From: Lingula anatina
Taxonomy: Eukaryota; Animalia; Brachiopoda
DNA: 64,000 nt
Direction of reading: 5' to 3'
Assembly (NCBI GenBank): GCA_051362555.1
Contig: CM120645.1
Coordinates: forward strand, 20,646,001 to 20,710,000
Each line of letters opens with the position of its first letter. The first letter of the stretch is position 1. The notes under the pieces were generated by a model. It was not told where the DNA came from and ran no database searches. It was given only the letters and a program-made list of their open reading frames with translations. The position numbers were made by a program, and so were the translations under genes. Of this stretch, positions 36,167 through 50,696 are shown one piece after another.

Positions 36167-37760
36167 ATGTAGTCTCACAGGTGTCAGGTCAGCGCATTAT
36201 TAGAAATCATGCACCACTTTTCAGTTTTTCAAATTGGCCATTGATAACGAGTGACCTTTTCCTGGGCTAACAATAAGGGCCTACTGGAACTAATCCAGAC
36301 TATTTTAACCAACAAGTAATGAAGATTATGCAACAAACGCACAGCTTAAAGGTTGCGTTCTTGTATCCATTTCATCTGGTATAAACTGTTGGTATATTAA
36401 ATGACTTTCCCAGCGGCTGAAATCCCGTTGCCTTACTGTTAAAGAAAGCAGGATGGAAAATGGAATTGCGTATCATGTTACCAAACATGTAATGAAGATT
36501 ATGCATCAAACACACATTTAAAGGCTGTGATCTTCACCTATTATTACAAGTTGGTAAAATAAACAATAATCATTCCCTTTGGTTGAAAATCCCACTGTTT
36601 GAAAAATCATGAATTCAAAGAAAATTGAATCTTATAGAAATTTTACACAAGAATGTTTTTGTGCTGCTAACATGTTCCTTCTTTTACTCATACGGAATGT
36701 CACTGAAATTTCCTTATTTCCTTATTTTGTAAAGAAAAAATTGTCAGCAATGAAAACTGCATGTTTCTCTACATTTATCTTTAAGATGTTTTGGAAATCA
36801 CATTAAAACTGCACTAGTTTCAATAAGATATATCTATGTTTTAGTTTTAGTTGGAAGTTTTTGCTGTAATTGTCAATTGAATATATTCATCATAAAAATG
36901 TAACTGCATGCATCATAAAGCTATTGAAATAAAGGTCAACTTTGTCTTGGGAGGCAGAAATATTAAAATATCAGATGAATTAGACATGACAAAAACATGA
37001 CAAAAACCGTTTGCGAATCTGGTAATTCAATCCCCTTTCAGATTTAATCATTGTAAGACTGACAATGACATCTCACTTAAAAAACTGAACATTTTACACT
37101 CTCCTTTCAAATGTCAAATAAATAAATGAAATCATTTTATCTTTAATGCATAACTGTCATGTTAAAAAACAAAAACAAAAAAACTTCCAAGTCAAAATAA
37201 AAGCAAAGTACATATGGTATATGCTTCTGAATAGAAAATTTAAAGCCCACATCCTAAAGGCTTATAAAGAAAAATGTTTTGGAAGTGTCAAAGGATAAGC
37301 TTGTTAAAAGAAGAAGACTGCCAGAGGCAAAATCCAATACACTATGACCTCCACCCCTTTCACTCAATTCTCTTTTCTACACCTGTTCCGCTAGACTTCA
37401 ATGCAGACCTCTCTCTTACGCAATATGTTATTATATCCGTTCTGCTATACTGCTCCCGTCTCACTAGACCACAGTACAGTGTTAACAGAGAACAATAGCA
37501 TTACACACTGACGTCAGAATTAATCGAGCCACGTCACAACAAGTACAGAGTAGCCAGCTCTCACAGATTGTACCTTGAAATACCAGTGCATCGTCACAAC
37601 AAGTATTTTTCTCACATGGTGGGACTTGGAAGGTCCAATACATAATCTATAAAGAAACCTACACTTGTCCACATGCTCGCCTTAAGTGCATTTTCATAGT
37701 CTACTAACCATACTTCCTCCAGTATGTCACAATGACCAAACATTTCAGACCAGTATCAAA

Positions 37761-37986
37761 CCCCCCATTTCCATAGATTTTCAGATCGATCTATCCCTGT
37801 GGGGAGTCTCAATAGATTACTGTCAGCTTGGCCGGCTTAAGCGTCTGTCCTGCCTACTAAAAGCTGTAAGGGGGTAATTAACTATGGTGCCCGCTCGGCT
37901 GACTGCAATTTAGCGTGAACCCCCAGGGAGTTAGGTCGATCTAAATCTTGATCTTTAGATCGATCTAAATCTCTGGGAAAGCATCC
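37761..37986. mobile_element. Harbinger-type MITE family A, copy 4 (divergent; interior inverted relative to the termini)
   Basis: Interior is in minus orientation, but the ends are CCCCCCATTTCCATAGAT (left) and CTCTGGGAAAGCATCC (right), as in plus copies. Flanked by AAA/AAA. Confidence 0.8.
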
Positions 37987-40900
37987 AAAGTCTCACTCAT
38001 GTTATTTGACTTAAATTTTTGCCAAAGACTTTGAAATGTGTATGTGCGAGATGATGTTTTTACTAAATATCAACAAAACAGCTTGGTATAGAAAAGTAAG
38101 TTAGTACGTTGTAAGGTTTACATGAAATAAATTTCATTTATTTCATGTAAACCTTACATGAAATAAATTTCATTTTCATTGCCCATTTTTTTATTTTATT
38201 TTAAAGAAACAAAACTTTGTAACAAAGGAGGTACTTAAAAGATCCTTCAGATACTCTTCTTAGTCAAACCTTGGGACTGTTTCAAAAAATCAAAAGTTGA
38301 AAATTGGCAAAGAATATCAGATGATTCTGGTGTTTTTAATAGAGCCTCAAGAGCTAAATGTAATGAAATGTGATTGTTCTAACAATCATTTTTACCTTCA
38401 CAGTTGACAATTTTCAATTTTGATTCAGAGTGAACCTTTTCACTTCAACCCCCCCCCCCCACCCCCGATCATTGTCTGTGGGCTCTCAAATGTGTATTTG
38501 AAAATACCAGCGCACTGATTCAGAATTCTCATATGCAATCAAGCATCATAAAAAATCCAGCTTAATATTATACCATAGCCGCGCATAATACACGGCATAA
38601 TAATAGTGTGACCAATATTTCAAAATCTCACTATAATAAATAATAATAATAAATTGATATAAATATAAAACTATATAAAAATGGATATAAATAGACAGGT
38701 ACACAAGGAGTGTGCACATCTATCAAAAACGTTTGAAAGAACATTAGAAAAACTTCACTGCCTGACAACTTACGACTGCCATATGTCTGCATGTGCAAGC
38801 TATTCCACTGATCAATGTATACCTTCAAGTTGTTCATTTATAAAACTGTCATGGTCTTACCTTTCCTGTTTTCTATATAATGCGGATAGAAAAGTTGTTC
38901 GGTCTATGTGTATGGTAAATCAATGACTTTTCATCAAAAACTCCAAATAACTACTAGATTCCTCTACAAAAGGCAAACAGACTAAATATGAACTAATAAA
39001 CTTCTGTTAAAATCACATCACATGCTTGATTGTGACCGAGTACAATAATTTGATTTCACTGCGATTTAAAAAGTTATCCAATGCATGATCTATAAAGTTT
39101 ACTAATGAACTATATCCATGCTCCGCTGGATAAAATTCTTACCAGGCACTATGGGCTGTTGTACCCCGCGTATCACCAAATCTCTCCAAACATTTGAAGT
39201 CTCCGGATTAATCCCTGTGGACTGTTTTGAAAACTTCATAAAATGAATGCAACCCTAAACCCATTGAAATAGCTGTGTGGACCAAATGGCCCTGTACTTT
39301 AATCAAATAAGATGCATCGCACTGGGCTATTTTCTCAATTTAACCCTTGATTTCACCAACGGTGCCTTTTCATGGTACGAACCATTCAATGTATAAATAC
39401 CGCTACTGCTACACTATGAAATACCAGTGTTGGATAAAACTATAAATTAAAGTCATGCATGGTCATTTTCGAATGCCACATTTTTAAAAATGTTTGCAAT
39501 GCTTGAGGACTGGTTTTCTTAGTTTGTATTGGTAAAATAATCAGTAGAAAATAGCTGTGATTTCATGATTCGGTGCTGGATCAGATTCCGTGGAAACCAA
39601 CATCCTGCTTGCAAAAAGCACTACTGAGCTACAGTTATTTGCATTGCAGATCAATTAAATTGATCAAATCTGATTGAAAGATGGCTTATAAGTAAGTCCA
39701 CCATGAATAAGCACCCCGATGTTTTCCTACACTTTTCCACCTGGTTTAACAATTTTAAAGATCGAAGAGAAGAGATAGCCTCAAATGTTTATAACCTGGG
39801 TTTACTCTCAGATCCAACTCTTATTGGAACCCAATAGAAATGGTTTGTTTTCAAAGGTGATGTCTTAATACATGAGTGCATGCACCCTGCTGCTGCTAAA
39901 TGTACGGTTAATGGATTTGTCACTGCTAAGTGATACTCACTGGTCATTTACTACTAGGTTTTCCACACAAATTTGATACAGAAAATTATACAGTGGCAGA
40001 CATTTAAAGGTTTAGAATCTGGCAGCTACTAGTAACTTCTTCGTCCAAATGAAGTGATTTTCTTGGAGGAGGGATGGGGGAGAGCATATCTGCGCAATCA
40101 CTGCAATCATATATCATTATAATAATAGTAGTTTAATAACTGATAACTGCATCTGAGAAAACGTGCAATATTTCCAGCCCATTTCAAAATCTATAAAGCA
40201 GCACAATGTTTTCATAAGTGTAGTCTGAAAACAAAAGACCTGTTTTCATACAATTACCTCAGAGTTGATTTTGATGTAACTAAAACGGACCTGCCTTACA
40301 ATAACTGACTATACACAGACCGTAGCCAGCAATTTCAAAAGGGGGATTCTTTTTCTGAAAAAAAGTGGTCCTTTTACCATGAAACCTTTGTGTACCTAGG
40401 TAAAATTTCACCCAGAGGGAACCTTTTCCCCCGCCACGGGCCTGATACATTAGGTTAAAGAAAAGTCACTCTCTCAGTCCAGAGGTGTCACACTCCTTAC
40501 AATCTCTGGATATTTGACAGGTGGTCATTTTGACAGTGTGTGACATTATTATTGTCCCCACACCAAAACTTTTTTTAAAGGAAAGAGTGGCGTCTAAAAC
40601 TTAAAAGGTTCTGACTAATACAATTCACACTGTTGACAGAACTGTTTTTGAGGAATTTAATGGAGTTCAGTGATTATTTCCAATTCAGTTGTGTTTCACA
40701 AAATGCTAGTGATCCAGGTGAAGATTCTGGAAAACAGTTTTCAATGACACTCACATCTAAAGAGAACATTATCTCTAATGATTGTAGAAATGAGACCGTT
40801 TCATTATGCAGATCTACTATTTTACGTAAAAAGCCTGTGAGACTGACTAAAATGATGTAAAAGAAAAGAAACGGTTATTTTTATTGTTTGTAAAAGAAAC

Positions 40901-43900
40901 TGTGATTTTCATTGTTTGTAAAAGAACTTGAATTGTTTAATGGTAGATGCATGTTGTATTTGAGTAAATATATGAAGTTATGCTGATGTTTTAGTGTTAA
41001 AAGTTCACGGTTATGATGTTAACAGGTCGTCTTGTTCCTCAGCATGGATCTACAGACAATTCTCTTCATATGGAAGGATTATTACATGAGAGGTGTTAAG
41101 AACAAGGACTGACCGACTGTTATGAAAGTGCTTATTGACTTGTATTGACTGCAGCAATATATCAGTTTTAGAGGCTATCAGACTAAGTAGAGAGGAGTGA
41201 CATGCATTCATATTGTTTACATACACATGTCATATATGACTTGGACAGTATAGTGTAATCTCACGATATAGAGATGTCTTGTTTCATTTTCTTCTTTGAC
41301 CTAGACCATTATATCCATTTTATATGTATTTCATAATAAAGTAATGGCTAAAAATATTTTTCTATTATTATTTGCCTTTACAATTTTGTAAATGTATTCA
41401 GTAACTCTGCTTTATATAATTACTCCCTGTTGTTTTGTAAGTTCAATCTTTTCAAAGGTAAGGAGTCAAAAGAATTTTTCTATTTGAAAGAAAAGGATAA
41501 TCAAACCTTGTGTTAATATTACTCTTCCCTCACTGCTTACAGTTGGGCCACACACCACCTGTTTATCTATAAAGAGAACATCAAATAAACTGGTTTAAAT
41601 GTCAGGTCAACTGTACTCTTAAACAGTCAATTGTCCATTTTCTTTTCACCCAACACTCCTTGGCGTAAATCTATACACAATAAATATCTGATAACATATA
41701 TTTAGGAGATTCCCTTGCTAAACACTACAGCTGTGGCCTCTTCAAATGAGGCTCAGTAAAACCCGTTCTGATCAATCTAAAAAATGTCAGAATCACAACT
41801 GTACTTGTTGTCGTTAATCAAGCTGTTGCCTTAGCAACAGTATACATGCCATCACCTTTAATTGAATACAGCAAGTAAAAGCTGTAAAAGAAATAATACT
41901 GAAATAATAGTTTGAATACACCTGCTTTATTACAATAACAGTTTATGTTGTTTAGGTGAAATCATTTCGGTCCAAAGCAGACTTGTGTGAATGTAGCTTG
42001 TTTACCTGTTCAAGGTTAGACGCAGACCAGCTACATGTCAACAACAACAAGTAGTTTACTAGAATGTTTTGAAACTTTCTATAATGTATACTATGTACAT
42101 TAAAACCATTCGCTTGTACCTCGTGTCTACTATAAAAGTATATATTTCTGACTGCTTTGATCGTGAACGATAGACTACTTCTCAAGTTACTAACTTCAAA
42201 CGCAATATTTACATTGTATAGTAAAGCAAAAATTGATAGCGTTATCCCATTCTGTGAAAACAGGAGACAGATTTATACAATCTACTGATGTACACTTATA
42301 TATTGACTTTGATGCCCAATTCGCTTTGAATCCATTTTATAGGGCATTGGGATCTAGTAGCCATTTCTCAAAAACATGTAATTGTGTGTTAAACATTGCA
42401 ACTGGTTAACAGAAAAACCTTTAATGAAAAATGCAAATTTATGAGGTATCAATTAATAACAATTCAATGTTTTGGTAGGAAAGTTCTATGAAAAATCAAA
42501 ATGACTAAACCCTTCAGCCTAAAGCATCATCAAATCTTTAATGTGACATGCACCTATCATCTCTGACGCTTCACTGTTCATGTCAGATCATCATGCATGT
42601 TTAGATAATCTTTTGAAATTGTCTGTCTTTTCTGCTGAAGATGACATCATCACATATTTCTATACATCCTCAATGAAAGACGTCACATTGTCATCCATGC
42701 GTAAGATTGCTTCCTTTTATCATTTGACAGCAACGTTTTTCAGCATCTGATAGGGGTTTTAAAAAGGGCAAGAGGCATTCTGTCTTCTACCCTTCATTTT
42801 TTTAGTAGGTGAATTAATATGGCAAACTGAAAATGTCTAATGTAATGAAATAGAAGTAATTTATTTTGTTAACTGATAAGAAAGTGACATTAAGGGTATC
42901 AATCTTTTACAGTGTTTTTATAAAATTAAGGAACAAAGCATGGTTTGCACGTGGGTTTGGAATAAGAAAGTAAAAACAACCCCCTCACCACCCACCCACC
43001 CAAAAAAGTATATTAAAAAAAAAAAAAAAAACAATCTTTGAATATTTATTGACTGGTGGCCTAGTGGCCAGCCAATTATCTGATCTCAAAACTTGGAGAG
43101 ATAACTCAATGCTTTGAAAAACAGAAGACTTGGGAAGGAGGTGGGAGTGGTGGAGTGGTGGGGAGGGAGGGGGTTGCAGATGGTGGACCGGGAGGAGGTA
43201 GAGATGGGTGTGCGGGAAGGTGGAGCTGAGCCAAAGATACTGCATGTTGGGGGAAGAAAAAAGCATAATAAGTTGACAGACATTATATCAAAATTGTCCC
43301 ATTTAAAAATACAGTCAACAAAAGCAAGTAAAATAGAAAGAAAAAAATTCGCAAACACTTCAACCAGACTGTACAAGTGCTTGAAATCAGACTACATTTC
43401 TATCCCTCAATCAAGTACAATTCAGCTGTCTAGATTGACAGTTGTCAAATGAAACTGTAAAGCCAGAACATATTAATCAGTATAAGTTACCATGCCCTGT
43501 CTTTTCAACTCATTTAAAACTCAACCCAGTTCCCGACTCCAATTGAAGCTAAAACAAACTCAGATGATAATCTTCTGCAACGCACCTGTTTTGGTTTTTA
43601 TAATTGCCAAGGTTATGGCATAAACTTGTAGGCCAATGTCAGAGTTTTTAAACCTTTTGCTTAAAAGGGAAACCCTGCGTACCAAATGTATGGCAATTAT
43701 ATCAATCCCATGTGGTTTTATTTTCCAACAAGACTCACATTTTTTTAGCCTTCATTACAACAACTGTGGTCAATTTTCCAAATAAATCTGGTTAATTCTC
43801 TAAATAGAGTAACACGGGAAAATTCTTCCTGATACAGGGCGGTTGCCTGTGCTACTGATGTCTGGCATTTGGCCCAAATTGTTAATGGAAAATCATGAAG

Positions 43901-44002
43901 GTGCATTTAATAATGTCCATATACTGAAAAAAAAAAAACTGTTCAGCCATTGAAAGTACTATTTGCAAAATGGTCAGGTGGGTGCAGCAAATGGGGTGGG
44001 AA

Positions 44003-44145
44003 GGGGGTGGGGGGTAGGAGTACTCCTTTGAGACCTAGGGTTTGGGGGTGGGGGGTAGGAGTACTCCTTTGAGACCTAGGGTTTGGGGGTGGGGGGTAGG
44101 AGTGCTCCTTTGAGACCTCAGGTTTGGGGGTGGGGGAGGGGGGTG
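44003..44145 (+). repeat. 41-bp G-rich minisatellite (3+ units)
   Basis: GGGGGTGGGGGGTAGGAGTACTCCTTTGAGACCTAGGGTTT at 44003, 44044 and 44085. Confidence 0.9.
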
Positions 44146-44164
44146 AAACAGAGAGTGATCTTTT

Positions 44165-44440
44165 GAGCACATTTAGAACAGATGATCTGCAGATTTACTG
44201 ATCCACGGACTAAATATGGCCGACCCATCGTAAAAGAAAGCCGCTTAATGTTTTTTATGGTCTCACCGTCTCCACATGGGCCATTAAACAGAGTAAATCT
44301 CGGCTCGGATGTTTAATTGCTAGGTCCCTGCAGGGACAGCGCATGTGGAGGTGTGGAGACCATCAGCGGGAATAAGTGGGTTGGCCATATTTGATCCACG
44401 GATCTGCAAGCCCGTGGATCAACTAGTTCTGAATGTCCTC
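44165..44440. mobile_element. Harbinger-type MITE family B, divergent copy
   Basis: TIRs GAGCACATTTAGAAC / GTTCTGAATGTCCTC, TTT on both sides; internal similarity to 51898-52164. Confidence 0.75.
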
Positions 44441-47400
44441 TTTGAGATCTACCTACCAAAATACATGTAATTATTGATAAGCACTGAGAACCATGGTCCA
44501 CACTGCCATTGTTTATAAAAGCATAATTAACACAGGTTATGTGACCATATAAAAGTTAAAAGCAGACTATGCAATATTTCCTGAATATGAAGCCAACTTT
44601 AACCATATCTTTATGCCTTATTAATTCATTAGTTGTCTGACATTTGGACACAAAGTTAACACTTACTCTGGCATTATAAAAGACAGGTCAATTCTGTGAG
44701 AAATGTGCATGGATTTGAAAAACCCAATAACATATGGTTTTATCTGAAAGTCATGGTTTCTATTATTTAGAGAAGAACATACATGAGCCTGGGTTTTTGA
44801 AAAAAATCTCTGAACATTCATTGCGGGGCCAGAGGCTGCTTTCAAAAATGGATTAATTATAAAATTGTAGAATTTTGTTATTAGTTACCAGAAAAATTCA
44901 TGCCTAGATGAAAGTGAACTGTCATAAAAACCTGGAAATGCAAGTGCTAAAGAAATGCAGCAAGGGATCTTGGGGCATAAATACAATGCCAAAGTACCTG
45001 GATTTCTGGATAAATCCCGAAGACTTTCATTTCCATTTATTTAAGGGTTTCCCAGTTATTGTGAACCATGCAGAATAATGTACATGTATATTAGTTATGT
45101 CAAATAGCCTCTGTAAACAGTGCTACGCATAGTATCAATGAAGAATATTACCAATCATTTCTCATTACAACTGAGTGCCTATTCAAGAGAGAATATGATT
45201 AGGTGATGTATTTCTTGTAATAGCTATTGTGGAAGAATACAGTAACTGCCCTGATTAATAAAACTCAATATCCTGCTCAAGATGACAGCATGCATTCAGT
45301 AATAACTGCCTTTAAGGCAAAATTTTAAGCCATGTCTGATAGGTGACCAACGGCATAAGATAATAATTACATCAAATTTGCTGCCATGTTGGTAATTCTC
45401 ATAATTGTAAAAGGCCTAAAGGCAGGAGGAGAACTGGAATGAAAAGTTCCACTCTGAATTCAAATTTCATACATGTCCTATGCCATTTCTGAAAGCAAAG
45501 TGAATATTTACTTTACCCGGTCATTTGTTAAAAGATACAGAATCAAAACCGAAGGGTATTTTTTCAATACTCGAAATCTGGTCAATTCACTTAACATTGG
45601 ACACTTACCAAAACAACTTGGCTTTTTCAGCTATTTCCCCATCAACAACTTGGCTTTCTCAACTACTTCCCCTCCCCCCTTTACCCCTTTTAGCTTGGGA
45701 TACTACCCTGTCCCGGTAACTGCAAGTCACCCGACTGGCATTGGATAGTTTAAAAAAGCCTCTAAAAACATTTTTACATATAAAATATTTTGATCATAAC
45801 GTGTAAAACAGTGGTGTCATGCAGGTGAAATTCAGTATTTTCATTCAAATGTACCAGTATTAGGAATCTAGGATCGATAGTAATTTCTAACAGGTTTTTA
45901 TACGTAAGTTGTACTGAAATGCATCCGTTGTGCACTGGGATTTTTTAGAGTTCATTTTTAAATATTATTATTATTATACTAGCAAATGCAGGAACAGATC
46001 CAGTCATCCGAGGTGATACCCCCCCCCCCCCCCCCCCCCCACCAACAAGGCTGATGGGACTCTCAAGTAAACTAAGAATACTAACTTCCCTTTTTGTCAT
46101 TATTTAAATGTTCACACAAAATTCCCGAACCCACTTGACACAGGAGCTTTAGATCAAAATTAGTTTAACCTTTCAGACCAAAAATGGAAGTCCACTTCAA
46201 TTTACGATAAATGCAACAATACGCAACTGTTTATGAAAATGAATCAAGGCTTTTGGTCAAAATAGGACTAGTTAAATGAAACATTAGATCAAAATTAGTT
46301 TAACCTTTCAGACCAAAAATGGAAGTCCACTTCAATTTACGATAAACAGGTCTAGTTAAATGAAACATTGCACCAGTTTTATATAAGTCTACCAGTCTAG
46401 TTCAAAGATTTTTTCTAATTTAGTCAATTACTGCATGCAGATACATCTTAAATTAAAATCCAGTTAAATATTTAATTTGAAAGTATAGACCAACTTTAAC
46501 TCTAAAACTATTTCCTAATCTCGCAATTAAAAATTGGCAGGTAAGACCAGTATTGATCTAGTAACCGTTAACTGTCAACTGTGATTTCACTTCTTATTCG
46601 TCTTACAGGGAACATAGTCAAAAATGACAACAACGGATATGATTAATGATTTTTCTTACGATCCAATCTGATTTGTCGACTTAAGAATACTGGTTATCTC
46701 ACAAATATACCAACTTATCCATACAATTAGCGATAACAACATGCATTATGGACAGGGCCAAGTTTCTGACCAAACACATGTCACGTGTTATTTTCCACCC
46801 ATCATCTCACATTCAATGCCAAATTATCTTCACAAAGTCAGCAAATTGGCAGCCTTAATTCTACCTCATTTGGTTAAAAGGATCAATCCATCCCTTTCAT
46901 TCAGTTTCACCAATTTGAAGGCTACTTGGTTAGTGAGTTATGACGTGAAGAAAGATCATATTGCCTTACCATGCTCAAAGGACTCCTTTCCTCCCCGAGT
47001 TCTTCACTTTCAGTGCAATGTAAATAAACATAATATTTAAATCTCCTAATACTTTTGAATTCCCAAATGTCACTGAAGTTATTTCTAAGTGTTCCAAAGT
47101 CTCAGACTACACTCATCTTGAAATCTCTTAAGCCATGGCCGAATGCAAACAGCGTAGTTTAGAAAAGCGTGGAGCGTAACTTTTCTATTTTTATGCAACA
47201 TTTGATACAGTGTTATAATTTTAGTATCATTTTTCATGCATGTCAAAGACTCATAACAAAAATGCTTCCACAAAAGGCCCGAACATGCACCTCAATTAAG
47301 GAGCTACCTGGGAGAGAGAGAGAACAGGGATAAGAAGCCGTTCACATGCGCCACGTTTCAAACGTACTATGTTCCTTACAGCCGTTTTGTTTCTGTTCTG

Positions 47401-49117
47401 CATTTCAGACCACAATAAGTCCATTCGCAGCATTCTAAACATAAGCAGGTAGGCAGGTGAAAAGTTCACCAAATAATACAAATAATCAACCTATGGTCAA
47501 GATACACGTAAGAAAAACAGAGTTAACTCTCTGCACTTACGCAATGTATAAAAAAAATTGATGAAAAATGGCTAGTTTGGTCATTTTTTTCCTAGTAGCC
47601 CAAGGTCAGAGATGATCAGCATGCCAAAGCTGATATGCAACTCAAAGGAAACTAACACACTTTATCATAGCCCTGCAATTTTTATTTGCTATTACTAGCT
47701 TCCATATAAAATACTGTTATCTTTATAGTATGCTGTGAACTTGAGGGTAATAAAATTTAAGCAATCCACATTGTTTTACTGGCTAGTGTACAGACTAGAA
47801 CAAGGACTCACCGAGATTGAACCATGTGAATTTGTCCCCTCTCAGCTTTCTAGTCTACACCTGTCCTTTCCCTGCGCCTTTTTTGACTTTTGTCCTGAAC
47901 AAAACGTCCCTAACAATCCATACAGTATTCACGCGAAATCCCTATGCAACAATACGCAACTGTTTATGAAAATGAATCAAGGCTTTTGGGAACAAGTCAC
48001 TTGAAAGATCAAGTTTGTCACGGAAATTAATTCATCAAAGGATCTTATTGAGATGGACAAGAATGGGGTTTTATTAATGCTCCCTGAAATAGCACATGGT
48101 AAGGTTGGGTTATCAAAAGCAAATCTAACCCAGCTTTTTGTTCAAATTTGAGTAAATACTTTCCAATCTAATTTCAACACCCTAACTTTCTGTTTTTTTT
48201 TCTCCTCCAGTCTATGTATACAAAATGTAATAAAACACAACAAAGTAACTGAAGCCAAAACTTCGTTAATTCTTTCAGACGGCAGCAAGGTACTATTACT
48301 GTCTCCATAACCACAGTGGAAACAACATATAGAAAAATATATAAATTCTTTACTGCCTGGGGAACAAGGTGAAATATCACCCGATTAGGAGAAGGTCAAG
48401 CCAGTGCAAAATATACGCTTCATTTTGATTCAGTTCATGGTACATGCTCATTCCACCCATCAAAAATTCAATCATAAAGCTTGCACATTCCACCCATCAA
48501 GCATTTAATAGCCACGCAATAATTTTACTTACACTTTTATTAAAAGGATAACAACTGTTCATTTTGGCCCAAAGATGGTAAGAGGTAAACGACAATTTCC
48601 CTATACTTACCAATGATTAAAGAATCTACTCCAACATTCAAAGTTAGTCCATGTTTTTTTTTTTTGTAATAATCTCTTAGGAGATGTAATTGAGTACAGC
48701 CATCTATGGAGGTCAGGTGATCCAATGGCAAGCACAGATTCCAAAATATTTCGAAACTGCCAATTTGGTGGTAAAAGGAAATTTTTAATATTTGTAATAT
48801 TTTTAATATTCGAGTTGTATAAAATATATTCATTGTAAAATATGGATCATATGAAGAGTTGTTATACCTTTTAACAGCCAAGCAATAATTTTACTTATAC
48901 ATTTATTAACATAAATAGTTTTCAGTAAAGCATTAACTTCTAAATGTTTATTTGTACATCACCAGGGAACAGTTTTATACACAACTTTTGATATATCATG
49001 CTAGTTATCTACTTCATCAAAACTTTTGGTTCCACTGAAATGTTAGAAAATAAATGAATTACTACAGAAAAAGTATTCAATGAATAAAACAAAAAACAAA
49101 CAAACAATTAATAAATA

Positions 49118-49795
49118 ATCAAGGCAGCAAAGCTATCAAATGTACAGACATAAAGCAGGAAATAATGATACAAAAAGTTCATGCATCACAAGTAATGCAT
49201 GCATCACAAGTAACATGGACATCCAGAATATTTATCTAGCATGGTGCTTCAGGCCCATGAGAGTTCAAAGTCACATCTTGAAAATGCCAATATGTAAAAA
49301 AAAAAGAACATTAAAAGAAAAAAAAAACACATAACTTCAGAAATAATAATTTGATCAGGTAACTGATTCAGCTGTATTGAAGTCTCAAGAATCATCCTTG
49401 TAAGTTAAATCTTAATAAGAAAAAGGTTTTCCTTTCTTACTGCTCATGGTGGAAGTGCACAAAATAGGATTTTTGCCAATTTTGATGCAATGTCATGTAT
49501 TGCAAGTAACATGAACGTTTAATGTAACCAGCACAGAGCTCTAGTCCCATGGGATTTCAAACTCACATACTGAAAAAAATTGCACTACTTCAAGAAAGAG
49601 AATCCAATCATGGTGCTTTGCAAGTCAAGATGTACTTTAGTCCTAAAAATCAGTCTTGTAAGTTTGAAGATAGAAAGTAACAAGGCTTTACGTCCATGGT
49701 GTCAGTGCACAATATGTATTAAAAAAAAAAAATTAATAACATAATGCTATGTTACATAATGGTTTACAGATAGCCAGTTGATGGCTAAATATCAA
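49118..49795 (-). mobile_element. Old, partial copy of the satellite-bearing HINE family
   Basis: Starts CAAGGCAGCAAAGCTATCAAATGTACAGACA and contains two decayed ~335-bp-type units (gcttcaggcccatgagagttcaaagtcac). The terminal hairpin is absent. Confidence 0.65.
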
Positions 49796-50660
49796 TACAT
49801 AAACAAAGTTACCCTTACATGTATATATAAGCACCTGTCCCCAAGGCAAACTTCCCTCTTCCCTAAGGCATACTTCAATCTCAGGTAAGTTCACACAATT
49901 AATACTCAATTCCCAGTAAGGTTACCTGCTGTCCCAACTAAGTACACAAGGGCACAAACATATATATATATATACACAAACATAATAATACATTCATTTC
50001 TTATTGATGTTATTGCTACAAACAGCTTTTGTGGGGAGAACTCATGCACAGTTCTTCTGGCCCTAATATCTTCAGCATAAAACTTTGCCAAAAGCATACT
50101 TAGTCCTGTCTCAACAAAACTGAAAATTTTTCACATTTCTGCTCCATATTATCATTAAAATGCTACCTTAAATAGATGAATAAAGTGTCCATTTCAATGA
50201 AAAATTGATATCCAAGGTGAGGTATGTTCCTCCCATGCTGTCCCCCCTGTGGTATTCAATGACATAATGTTATATAGGTTATTATTCGGATTCCATACCC
50301 CCGTGTAAAGGTACAGCAACGGCCCAGTGAACACCGCAGGATTATGTCACATTATACACTAATAGAACAACAAACGCCCTTTTCTTTTTAATCCCACTTA
50401 ATCCTAGCATTGTGTGTTTTCTTTGCCATAATCAATGACTTACATATGGTCGGTATATCGGAATGTTTGATAAATTCAAAATCACTTGTCAATGACCTGT
50501 TTTCTTTAAAACCAGTGAATCGGTACGTAGACCATTGGGGTGCCATTTTCATAACAAAAACGGAAAAGAGTTTCCCCCCTTCAATGCAGATAATATTTAA
50601 GAACACAAGCTCAGGCAATGAACAGCATATCACGTTGTAATATATGACACCTGATTAACT

Positions 50661-50696
<36 letters not shown>

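Noticed and set aside
43051-43076. GGTGGCCTAGTGG resembling a tRNA/SINE A-box
   Set aside because: No B-box or cloverleaf follows.
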